Shown one piece after another: positions 38,106-49,766 of a stretch of 64,000 nt of DNA. The stretch's first letter is position 1, and each line of letters begins with the position of its first letter. Where the stretch lies: positions 1,798,001-1,862,000 of the forward strand of contig NC_043022.1 in the NCBI RefSeq assembly GCF_006345805.1. Direction: 5' to 3'. A program made the position numbers and the translations under genes. This stretch comes from Octopus sinensis (Eukaryota). The notes under the pieces were generated by a model that saw only the letters and a list, made by a program, of their open reading frames with translations, was not told the DNA's origin and did not search any database.

Positions 38106-38271
38106 AAATGGTTTCAAATTTTGGCACAGGGCCAGCAATTTTTGAGGGGGGTGGGGGGAAGTTAGTTACATTAACCCCAGTACTTGACTGGTATTTATTT
38201 TATTGGGCTGTAATAGATGAAAGGCAAAGCCAACCGTAGTGGAGTCACGTGGCTTAGTGGTTAGGGTGTTT

Positions 38272-38918
38272 TGTTGTGATGAGATTTACGACACCCCCCT
38301 TGCAAGAGATAGACTGGTCCAAGTGAAGTATAAATAGTAACGATTTGAGCAAGTCCAAGGTTCAGAGTTTGAAGTCGAGTGAAGTCGGAAGGTGTTGGTT
38401 TGTTGGTTCACAAGAAATATTGATTGTTGGTTGGTAAAGAGATTTGTTAGTTCGTTACATTGTTTTCACTGTTGTCTGGATATCTTATTTATAGTATAGT
38501 GGAGGCGCAATGGCCCAGTGGTTAGGGCAGCGGACTCGCGGTTGTAGGATCGCGGTTTCGATTCCCAGACCGAGCGTTGTGAGTGTTTATTGAGCGAAAA
38601 CACCTAAAAGCTCCACGAGGCTCCGGCAGGGATGGCTGTGATCCCTGCTGTACTCTTTCACCACAACTTTCTCTCACTCTTTCTTCCTGTTTCTGTTGTA
38701 CCTGTATTTCAAGGGCCGGCCTTGTCACTCTCTGTGTCACGCTGAATATCTCCGAGAACTACGTTAAGAGTGCACGTGTCTGTGGAGTGCTCAGCCACTT
38801 ACACGTTAATTTTACGAGCAGGCTGTTCCGTTGGTAGAATCAACCAGAACCCTCATCGTCGTAACCGACAGAGTGTTTCCATCCATATTTATTGTATGTA
38901 ACAAATTACATTACAACA
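38272..38918 (+). mobile_element. Solo LTR inserted in a SINE-E head and itself carrying a SINE-C
   Basis: Termini TGTTGT...ACAACA; GTGTT on both sides (one extra T on the left); TATAAATA inside; the host GGTTAGGGTGTTGGACTCATG is restored on removal. Confidence 0.75.
38501..38884 (+). mobile_element. SINE family C, full length
   Basis: GGAGGCGCAATGGCCCAGTGGTTAGGGC head and GTTTCGATTCCC B-box. Confidence 0.9.
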
Positions 38919-41676
38919 GTGTTGGACTCATGATTGTAAGATTGTGGTTTCAATTCCTGGACTGGGCAATGTGTCCTGTTCTTAACTAAAACTTTTAGTA
39001 TAGAAACAGGCCATATACAGCCCAAATATTCTTTTCGACTCTAGGCACCTGCACATATATATATCAAGGATGACAGCAATCACTTGGATATGTGCATCTA
39101 AGAGTACAGCTACCATCTGGAAATATACAACAAGAACTACCACCACTACTACCAAAGTCTCTGCTCTTCAGGGGTAGCCAGTTGTATACCTCCTGTAGTA
39201 CCCAGGCCTGCATGACATGACCATCTCCCTTATCCACCCTTTATATCTTATCCAGTTAATCCTTTCTCGATAAAGAAGCAAAAGTTGGGGAAAAGGAAAA
39301 GAAGTGCATCCAGCTGTAAAGCGGTGCTTCAGTAATATGTTTGTGTAAAGCATGTTGGTTTGGCAAAAAGAAAGAAAAAAATGGATATAAAAGAGAACAA
39401 AAAAGAAAACAAAACAAAAATGTCATCCAAGGTCAGTAAAAATGAGAACCAGCCATATTTCTGGGTGCAAGTTGATTTGGTTGACTGCATGCCTTTCCCT
39501 GAAAATATATAGCTTTGTGTTTGTGCGAGAAATCAACCCAAACACAGTACTACAAACCACCACCACCACCACCACCAGAACAACAACAACAACAACAGCT
39601 GCCCCCACTACCACCACCACCACAACAACAATAGCTGCCACCACCACCACCACCACCACCACCATCACTATGATCATCATTACAACTACTCAGATCAGTT
39701 TCGGCCAGAGTTGTCCCAGGCCTTGACTAACTTAAAAACATCACTACTACTACTGCTACAAACACTAACACCACCACCACCACCACCACCACCACCATTA
39801 CAACTACGACTCATTTCCAGACGAAACTTCCACCCCCCCAAGGGGTACTGTTTTTGTTATTACTAGCAACCAGGCAGAACAAGGCGCCACTGTTCCCCAC
39901 CGCTCTCTACACTCAGTAAACTTAAATGCTGAAGGTTAACCCTAACTTGTATAATAGAGAGCAGGCTTAATCACTCCTAATCCCCATCTCAACCATTTTA
40001 ATGACAGAATCCCCGAGACAAGGAAGGGCATCTTTTTACTGAGGTACCATTTTTTGACTGCATATAGCTGCTGCCACTGCTTCTCCTGTTGCTAAAGTCT
40101 GATATGTAAGTAATTATAAAATTTGATATTGTTATATTTGGGGATGGTCATTTTGCCAATGAACGCACACACACTGTTTATTTGATCTTCACTTTATCAG
40201 CAAAGTTCTTTCATCACATATTGAGATCTCTTCAGTGATTATCTGGTTTTTTTTTGTTTTTGTGTCTCCTCTCCTCTCTGGTCTGGTCCTGTCTATTTCA
40301 CAGGACAAAATCAGAAAGAAGTGGAGACATGGAGAATAGGCAGTTATTGCAGAATATGTGACAAAAGAACTCTGACAAATAAACAATAACAACTGCTAAT
40401 AATGGTAAAGCTGAAGTGAAGGTCAAATAAATAATGCATGTGTTTAATTTACAAAAGAAGACCATTCCCGAATAAAACAATATTTGTTTCAATACACGTT
40501 TTCACATCAAGAATCTTGCAAAACAAATATATTGATGAGGAACAGTCTTCCCACTGTCAAATCCAGTGCTGAATTAACCATTAAGCAAAATAAGCACGCA
40601 TTCAGAGCATCAAGGGACAGGGGCACCACAGAAATGGTAAATGGTTTACAGTACAAAAGAAATCACTTTAAACTTGCTAAAATAGTATTTATAATGCCTT
40701 AAGCTGGCAGAAACATTACCATGCCAAGTGAAATGCTTGGTGGTATTTCAACTGTCTTTACATTCTGAGTTCAAATTCCACCGAGGTCAACTTTGCCTTT
40801 CATCTTTCCGGAGGTTGATAAATTAAGTACTAGTTGCATACTGGGGTCGGTCTAATTGACTGGCCCCCTTCCCAGAAATTTCACGCCTAAAGTAGAAAAG
40901 ATTATTTGTAATGCCTTATCTCTACTAAGTATAGAAGCAGAAGTTTTATGTAAAATTAATTTCAATGATATCATCGAACACTTTGCGAAAAAAGAAAAGA
41001 AAAACGAAGGAGAAATCTTTTCAAATCTAAATAAAATGGAAGAATACAAAAACAAACATTATTTTCCATCTTTCTGTAAATTTTGTTTCATTTGAAAAAT
41101 AAAAATGTATTTTATGGTTTATTTTTGTTTACATTTTGAACCATTTACATATACTTGAGGGCACCAAAACCTTTTAAGTGCTTGAAGCCTTTATGGGTCT
41201 TAATCCAGCCTTGGCCTAACCTATATTTTTCTGACAATGGAACACCTGACTTACAGAGTCTTTGCTTGATACGATGCTCCAATAGCTGGGACATCCCAGA
41301 AACAGCTGTCAGAGACTATCTTTACCAGTTGGTACTATGTTTACCGTTCATTATGTAGGTAAATTTTAGATTGAATTCAATGAAATCAAATCTCCTTGTC
41401 CTGCATTGCCTAACTGTTTGTTTTTCCTCATTACTTTAATCAATGTCCATTGACTCAAAGGGATGCCACCATCAGCCGTTTTTGAACAAGATAATCACAC
41501 AACCACAACATCAACTGCTGTTCTAATTGGTAATTTGGTGGCACACTTATTTGAGCACTCAGAATGCATACCTACTAGTTTGAGTCATCCTGATGAAAAC
41601 TCTTCATATCTTCTATATCACAAATACATAAATGTAAAATATTTAATTTGAAGATCCAGTAAACCTGTAGCAACAT

Positions 41677-41900
41677 ATTTATTTCTTAACTGCCCACAGG
41701 GGGATAAACATAGAGGGGACAAACAAAGGGATCAAGTCGATTGCATCGACCTCAGTGCATAACTGGTACTTATTCAATCGACCCCAAAAGGATGAAAGGC
41801 AGAGTTGACCATGGCAGAATTTGAACTCAGAATGTAACGGCAGATGAAATACCACTAAGCATTTTGCCCGGCGTGCTAACGATTCTGCCAGTTTGCCGCC
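41677..41900 (-). mobile_element. SINE family B with target-site duplication
   Basis: CCTGTAGCAACAT at 41664-41676 and 41899-41911. Confidence 0.85.
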
Positions 41901-42494
41901 TGTAGCAACATTGGATATTGAATATTGGTGGAAAGGGGGAGAGAAAGAAAGAGGAAAAGAGATGGAAAGAGAAAAGGAGAGAGATGATGGTTTCAAATTT
42001 TGGCACAAGGCCAGCACTTTTGATAGAGAGAGCTAGTCAATTAGGTTGACCCCAGTCTTCAACTAGTACTTATTTTATCGATTCTGAGGGGATGAAAGGC
42101 AAAGTCGGCCCAGGTGGAGTTTGAACACAGAACAATAAATATGGATGAAATGCTGCCAAACATTTTGCTCAACATGAGATTACTGCCAAAGGAAAATGAA
42201 AATTCAGATTACTATCAAATGAAATGCTTATTTCTTCACATTGTCTTGAATTAATCACGCATTATCTCATGGCTTTGAGATTTCAATAATGTAATTATTT
42301 TTAGAATGACATTGTAGGGTAGGTCTGAGAAGTTATCGCCAAACTAATATGGCAGTCCATAAATATAGGACAAAAGCTGCCGTTGATTAGCTCCAAGAGG
42401 CCATCGCCTCTAGCTAGCTATGTGACACACGAACCTGTGTCCATTATAACCTTCGAACAGGGGAGGTCAGCCGCTTTCCCTTGCTGGTCCGGCA

Positions 42495-42537
42495 TCTACA
42501 GAGTAGTTTCGGGGTATTTGCCTCTCATCAATGTACA
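42495..42537 (-). ncRNA. Degenerate minimal hammerhead-like motif (copy 1)
   Basis: Minus strand TGTACA|TTGATGA|GAGG-CAAATA-CCCC|GAA|ACTACT|C|TGTAGA; GAAA is intact, stem III has one substitution. Confidence 0.5.
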
Positions 42538-42860
42538 GCAGCTGAACCCAGCAGGTGTCGCTACTGACCATCTGTTCAAAGGATTATTTAAAATACAGTG
42601 GAATACATCCACTGGTTTTCAAAAATATAAATATTAATATTCCTAAGTCTCTCTAAAGGAGACTACGGCAGCGGTACTGGATATTAATAGTTATCGCCAA
42701 ACTAATATGGCAGTCCATAAATATAGGACAAAAGCTGCCGTTGATTAGCTCCAAGAGGCCATTGCCTCTAGCTAGCTATATGACACACGAACCTGTGTCC
42801 ATTATAACCTTCGAACAGGGGAAGTCAGCCGCTTAGCCTTGCTGGTCTGGGTTCGGCTGC

Positions 42861-42903
42861 TCTACATTGATGAGAGGCAAATACCCTTAAACTAGTCTGT
42901 AGA
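42861..42903 (+). ncRNA. Degenerate minimal type-I hammerhead-like motif (copy 3)
   Basis: TCTACA|TTGATGA|GAGG-CAAATA-CCCT|TAA|ACTAGT|C|TGTAGA: 6-bp stem I, palindromic stem III and GUC triplet; G12 is mutated. Confidence 0.55.
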
Positions 42904-43210
42904 TGCCGGACCAGCAAGGGGAAGCGGCTGACCTCCCCTGTTCAAAGGTTATAATGGACACAGGTTCGTGTGTCACATAGCTAGCTAGAGGTGATGGCCT
43001 CTTGGAGCTAATCAACGGCAGCTTTTGTCCTATATTTATGGACTGCCATATTAGTTTGGCGATAACTATTAATATCCAGTACCGCTGCCGAAGTCTCCTT
43101 TAGAGAGACTTAGAAATATTAATATTTCTCTCTCTCTCTCTATATATATATATTTATGTATGTATGTATTTTTTGTATATGTGTATATATATTATAAACA
43201 TTTATACATA

Positions 43211-43610
43211 GGCGCAGGAGTGGCTGTGTGTTAAGTAGCTTGCCTACCAACCACATGGTTCTGGGTTCAGTCCCACTGCGTGGCATCTTGGGCAAGTGTC
43301 TTCTGCTATAGCCCCAGACCGACCAATGCCTTGTGAGTGAATTTGGTAGATGGAAACTGAAAGAAGCCTGTCGTATATATGTATATATATGTATGTGTGT
43401 GTGTGTCTGTGTTTGTCCCTTTAGCATTGCTTGACAACCGATGCTGGTGTGTTTACGTCCCCGTCACTTAGCGGTTCAGCAAAAGAGACCGATAGAATAA
43501 GTACTGGGCTTACAAAAAGAATAAGTCCCGGGGTCGAGTTGCTCGACTAAAGGTGGTGCTCCAGCATAGCCGCAGTCAAGTGACTGAAACAACTAAAAGA
43601 GTAAAAGAGT
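43211..43610 (+). mobile_element. SINE family A, full length
   Basis: Family A architecture. Confidence 0.9.
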
Positions 43611-43616
43611 ATATAC

Positions 43617-43663
<47 letters not shown>

Positions 43664-44266
43664 TATATGCATACATACATATATGCAAACACACACACAC
43701 ATTGTCTGAAACCATGCTCGCCTAGATTGTAATAATATTGTGTTTGATTAGGAACAAGTTCATCACCATGTGACACCGTGATCAGGGTGTGTGGGTGTGC
43801 ATAACGAGTGGATGGAGAAGGTGGGGGAGGGGATGGGTGGATTTAAGTGGAAAACAAGATGTTCAGTTATATACACAAACTACAGTATGTAGAAGCAAGA
43901 CAGATGGCTGGGTCGTGTTTTCACACTGGAGACCCCGAGGAAACATTTAGGTACAATTACACTCAGCTACGCATGTTGTGCACGTACACTCTACACACAG
44001 TAGTTGTCTGGACAGACAAGCAAAACTACGTGTATATATACATATATATACACACACGCATATATGTGTGTGTGTGCATGTGTATATCTATATATAAATG
44101 TATATTATGTATATGTATGTACAATATATATATATCTATATATATACATATACAAATGTGTGCATGTGTGTAAATATATATATGTCTGTGTGTGTATGTA
44201 TATATATATAATATAAATAATATATAAATATATGCATATATACATACATATATGTACATACCTACA

Positions 44267-44330
<64 letters not shown>

Positions 44331-44734
44331 TATATGGTTGGTTTGTTGAGAACATAATTTACTCAAGATCCTTGCAGCTGCCGGTGTTGTATTGGACACC
44401 AAAGCATGCACACACAACATACTCACATACACATGCACATGTAAACACATACAAACATATACACATGTAAATTTTCTTGTGTTTTGCATTTGAAATCTCT
44501 CACCAATGGAGAAAGAACTGGGTTCTAGTTTGGAAACAAGACTCTTTCATTGGAATTTAGACAGCATTACACAGGGAAATCTTGTGTGTGTGCACGTGTG
44601 TATGAGTAGGGATACATATATATAATGTGATAGTGACGGTGGAGGTGATGACAACCATGATGACGACGACGATGATGATGATGCCTGTTGCAAGGATGAA
44701 GATTTTTTTTTTACTTCATCCACCAATCCGATCG

Positions 44735-44930
44735 TGGCCAGTGGCACGTAAAAAGCACCCACTACACTCACGGAGTGGTTGGCGTTAGGAAGGGCATCCA
44801 GCTGTAGAAACACTGCCAGATCAGACTGGAGCCTGGTGCAGCCTTCTGGCTTCCCAGACCCCGGTCGAACCGTCCAACCCATGCTAGCATGGAAAGTGGA
44901 CGTTAAACGATGATGATGATGATGATGATA
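44735..44930 (+). mobile_element. RTE-type LINE 3' end with (GAT)n tail
   Basis: Family 3' UTR motif. Confidence 0.75.
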
Positions 44931-45270
44931 TAGGCACAGGAGTGGCTCTGTGGCAAGTAGCTTACTTACCAACCACATGGCACCAGTGATGTCACAACTC
45001 ATTTCTATAGATAAGTGAGCTGGAGCAATGCGAAATAAAGTGTCTTGCTCAAGAACACAACACGCAGCCTGGTCTGGAAGTTGAACTCACCACCTCATGA
45101 TTGTGAGCCCAACGCTCTAACCACTGAGCCATACACCCTCACACACTAAGAAAACTCTTAACCGTAAGAACTACAAATGAGGCTACAATCAATATGCTGA
45201 AGAACATATTCAAAACCAAACCAAACCAAAATGGAGAACAAATAAATAATAACATAAACATCACAATAAC

Positions 45271-45640
45271 AACAAGAGCACTCAGAGAGCGCAAACTTCC
45301 ACCAAGGCCACACCAACGTCCTCTCAACGATTACCCAGAGAGAATTTCTAGAATGGGAATATATGAAATAAACACGATTGCTCTCATAAACGAGAATACG
45401 AAAAATGAACCTGACCACTCTCAAAAATTAAGTGAAAAAAAAAAGGAAAAATAATCCAGAATCCTTGTCGGGTAGAAGATCGATCTGAAAACCAGTTTGT
45501 GCCAGTCACAAGGCCAAACACCACTGAAAGTTTCATCTGAATCCATCCAGCGGTTCTTGAGAAATCTTGTCCACAGACAAACAAAGAAACAAACACAACT
45601 AAAAACAATGCCCCTGCCTTCGCTAAGATGGAGGTAATAA
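45271..45640 (-). mobile_element. Helentron/DINE-1-like non-autonomous element
   Basis: Ends resemble, from recall, this class: AACAAGAGCACTCAGAGAGCGCAAAC.TCC.CCAAGGC and a CC..GCCTTCGCTAAGATGGAGGTAATAA hairpin, with a (TTTG/TCTG) microsatellite and GATGAAACTTTCAG. Confidence 0.55.
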
Positions 45641-46129
45641 TTTTAATCTAAAGAAACACAGGCATCTTGTGGTCAGCTTTTCTATTAGGGGCTATACTGT
45701 TCTATGTCAAAAAAGGATCAAATGTCCTTTTTGAACCATAGGCTCTTAAGGCCGTGGTTTCCCAAGATTCTATGACATACGAGGGGGTGCTGAAAAGTTC
45801 CTGGCTTTAAGGGTATCACAAAAGGCCTGGTTGGAGGCCCAATCTTCTGGGTTCTTTTACAGGGCTTAGAAAACCTGAAGGACTGTGGCCATGTACTTAT
45901 TCTATTGGTCTCTTTTGCCAAGCCGCTAAGTTACGGAGATGTAAACCCACCAACATCGGTTGTCAAGTGATGGTGGGGTGTGGGGGACTAACAGACACAC
46001 AAAACACACACACATATATACAACGGGCTTCTTTCAGTTTCCATCTACCAAATCCACTCACAAGGCTTTGGTTGGCCTGAGGGTTAGGGTTATACATATA
46101 CATATACACACACACGCGCACACACACAC

Positions 46130-46160
<31 letters not shown>

Positions 46161-46163
<3 letters not shown>

Positions 46164-46480
46164 TATTATAAAAGGCAGATTTTATCTGCCTCCCTTTGGG
46201 AGTTATACAAATCTACAATATAGGATTTCTTCAATTACAATTTACCTAGCATTTTCGAGAGTACAATGCATCGCGTCATGCCAGGTCCAGTTTTTAAAAT
46301 TTAAACTCCAATTAAGCAAAATTTACAGAAAACTCACATTCTGGTGTGTGTGTCAAATGCTTTTCTTAGTCTGGTTTACACCACACGCAAACGCACACAC
46401 ACAGTGGGCAACGAATAAAATGAAAGTAAATAGCGACAGTGATTTGAGGAAGACTAAAGTGAAAGTATTCTGTCTATGAC
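46161..46480 (+). mobile_element. Probable Helitron 5' fragment
   Basis: A|TCTTATTATAAAAGGCAG resembles the 5' end of the 35282 Helitron; no 3' end found. Confidence 0.4.
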
Positions 46481-46595
46481 GCTGATAGATACATGAGTAA
46501 AATGTATGGGAAGCTAAGAGCTAAGAGTGAGTGAAAATGTTCTTGGAAGAGAGTAATTAGTAATAAAGTAAACATACACTCATACATACATACAT

Positions 46596-46632
<37 letters not shown>

Positions 46633-46977
46633 TACACACACATACATACACACACACATACATACACACATACATACATATACATACATACACATACATA
46701 CATACACACACACACATACACACAGTATTGAAGCTTGAGAACAATCAGATACATTTGCAACACATCTGTTGAAAATATTATTGTTCACACACATACATAT
46801 ACATATATACATACAGACAGACAGATAGACACACACACACACACACACACACACATGATCCAGCATGGCCACAACCTCAAGGCTGAAACATATAAAAGAA
46901 TAACAGAATATAAATGTGTGCAAAGTACAAGAAATATTAATGCAGTATATGGGGATTGGACTACTGCGCTATGTATA

Positions 46978-47615
46978 TCTATATATATAAAACTGTAGTT
47001 GTGTGAGTGTCTGTCCCCTTCGATTTAGATTCCTAACTACTCCCACATTTTGCGGTACAGTTTAACCAAATTCGGGTAGCTTATAGTCGTGATTCATATC
47101 GAGCCCGTCTGAATATTAGCGCGCGTCTTACGATGAGTCTACGATTTTAAAAATAATTTAACATAATTTTTTATTCCATTTTAATGCATAATTTTTCGTG
47201 TGTCGATGGCGGCGGAGTTGGCGTCCACGCTCACACCTGCACCTGTGGGGAAGGGAGTGTAAGGAAATCAACGTTGTAATGCGTTGTCAAGGAGACCAGT
47301 GTTCTTTTAGAACAACGACTTCATGGCTTGAAGACACCAAAACAGAAATGGCTAAGAAAGTGTCTACATGAGTCTACGATTTAAAAAAAAATTTACCATC
47401 GTTTTTTTCCCATTTTAATGCATTTTTTCGCTATTATATAAGGGAAGTAACTCTCTAAAAATGTCTACGATGAGTCAACGATTTAAAAAAAAATTTACCA
47501 TCATATTTTTTCCATTTTTAATGCATTTTTTGCTATTTTTTGGCTATAACTCTCTAAAAATGCTTATATAGTTATTTCCCTTACAAACCCGAGCAACGCC
47601 GGGCGATACTGCTAG
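46978..47615 (+). mobile_element. Non-autonomous Helitron (638 bp) with three internal subrepeats
   Basis: A|TCTATATATATAAAAC ... CCCGAGCAACGCCGGG ... CTGCTAG|T; GAGTC(T/A)ACGATTT(T)AAAAA recurs three times. Confidence 0.85.
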
Positions 47616-47813
47616 TATATATATATTACTCATTTTTGCCAGCAGAGTAGATTGAAGCAAAGTGAAATGAAGTGTTTTGCTCAAGAATACAATGCATTGT
47701 CTGGTCCAGGAATTGAAACCACAATCTTACTATCATGAGTGCAACATCCTAACCATTGAGCCAGGCATCTCTGCAATGTTCTATGTGTCCTCTTGGTTTT
47801 TTTTTTTTTAAGG

Positions 47814-47974
47814 CAGGTGCAGACTGAGCCATCGGTCAATCGGGCACTGCCCAAGGGCCTGGACCGCTGAGGAGCCTGCACTCTACATGTTAAGTCTACT
47901 AAAACACACATTCAAAGGGGCCCCAGTAAACAGTTATGCCCAGGGGACCTTAATACTCTCAGTCTGTGCTCCTA
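47814..47974. mobile_element. Degenerate small MITE
   Basis: CAGGTGCAGACTGAG and CTCAGTCTGTGCTCCT form imperfect TIRs. Confidence 0.45.
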
Positions 47975-49129
47975 CAGTTGTGCATGATTCGAGGGAGATT
48001 TGGTTACTATTTCTAGCAGGTGTAGTGACTATGTAACAAGCTGCTGTCCAACTGTGCGAATTTTTTTTCTCTTTTCTTCTTTTTTTCTTTTTTTCTACAG
48101 TGTTAAGTGATGAGAAACACACCTCCCCCCCTTGGAATCAAAGAGGTCGGGGTGGGGTGAGTTAGTGAGTGTAAGAGAGTAAGTATATCTATGTCTGTCT
48201 GTGTGTGTGTAGGGGTGGGGTGGGGGGATCAGGCGGAGGAAAAGGGGGAGGAGGCATGAGAGAGAGAAAGACAGAAAGAGAAGAAAGTAAGCAGTGGTAA
48301 ATGTGGACAGACAGACAGGCAGACAAACAGACAGACAGACAAACAGACAGGCAGACAGGCCTCTTTTCCAACTTCCTGAAGAGTTTATAGTTAGCATGGG
48401 TCTTTTTTTTTTTATATTTTTCAGTAGCAGTTCTACAAACCCAGAATGGAAATTTGTATGTGTGTGTGAGTGCATGTGTGTATATGTGTATGCATGGGAA
48501 GTGTGTATGTGATTTTGTATATATGTGTATATAGATGTATAGGTGCATGTGTGTATATGTGTGTATGTGTGTGTATATACATATATGTATGTGTATGTAT
48601 GTACGTATGGTGTGTGTGTGTATGTATGGAGAGTGTGTGTATATGCATGTGTATATATATATATATGTATAGGTGTGTGTGTATATATACATATATGTAT
48701 GAGTGCGTGTGTGCATATGTACGAGTGTAAGTGTGTGTGTGTGTGTATATATATATATAGGTGTATATGTGTATATATGCATGGGTATATGTGTGTCCAT
48801 GTATGGGTGTCTATGTGTGTATGTCTGTGTGTATATATATATATGCATGGGTGTATGTGTGTGTATATGTATGGGTGTGCACATGTATGAGTGTATGCAT
48901 GCATGTGTGTGTGTGTGTGTGGTGTGTGTGTGTGGAGGAGGAGGAGGAAGAGGAGGGGTGGGGCACATCTCTCAGCTTCCAAGTCTCCAAACATTATCTG
49001 AGAGAAGTCAGAAACCAAATGCTGCGGCAGAGAGGACAGGTAGAGCAGGGATACGATGGGGGGGATGGCCCGGCGGCAGGGAAGGACTGGTAGAAATGGT
49101 GATTTGGGGGTCGGGATGCGGGGGGGGTT

Positions 49130-49732
49130 GAGATAGTGGTGGTGGGGGGTGGGGGGTGGGTTGGAGATGATGGTGGTGGGTGGTGTTGGCGATGGCGGTG
49201 GTGGTGATGGTAGCAGTGATAGGTGCAGGGTGGGTGGATGGAAGGGTTTATGGTGGTGATGGCGTGGAGGTGGTGGTGGTGGTGGTGATGATGGTGATGA
49301 TGACATGGTGTTGGCGGCGGAGATAATGACATGGTGGTGATGGTGGTGGTGGTGACGACATGGTGGTGGTGGTGGTGATGATGACGTGATGGTGGTGGTG
49401 GTGATAATGACATGGTGGTAGTGGTGATGGTGATGGCATGGTGGTGGTAGTGATGACAACATGATGGTGGTGGCGGTGCAGATAAACCGACATGGTGGTT
49501 GTGATAACGACATGGAGATGGTGGTGATGGTAGTGGTTGGTGAAATGTGAGTGATGGTGGAGGTGATGACAACCATGATGACGATGATGACTCCTACAAC
49601 GACAACAACGACTATGATGATGATGATGATGACGGTGATGATGATGCCTGTTGCAAGGATGAAGATTATGACAGTAACAATGGTAGTAAGGTGTCTGGTG
49701 CTGGTGGCAGCCAAACTATGAGTGGTGGAGGT

Positions 49733-49766
<34 letters not shown>

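Larger units (their letters stand above)
42331..43127. mobile_element. Three-copy tandem-plus-inverted structure; probable Penelope-like element terminal repeats
   Basis: Copies at 42331-42551 and 42629-42848 are direct; 42848-43127 is inverted. Hammerhead-like motifs lie in copies 1 and 3. Confidence 0.7.

Noticed and set aside
41463-41651. 62-aa ORF and an antisense LMLWLCDYLVQKRL stretch
   Set aside because: No splice signals; at best a decayed retroelement fragment.
48095-49714. 539-aa ORF, the longest in the track
   Set aside because: Made of translated microsatellite and low-complexity tracts; only ~120 bp is unique (listed as a weak exon candidate).
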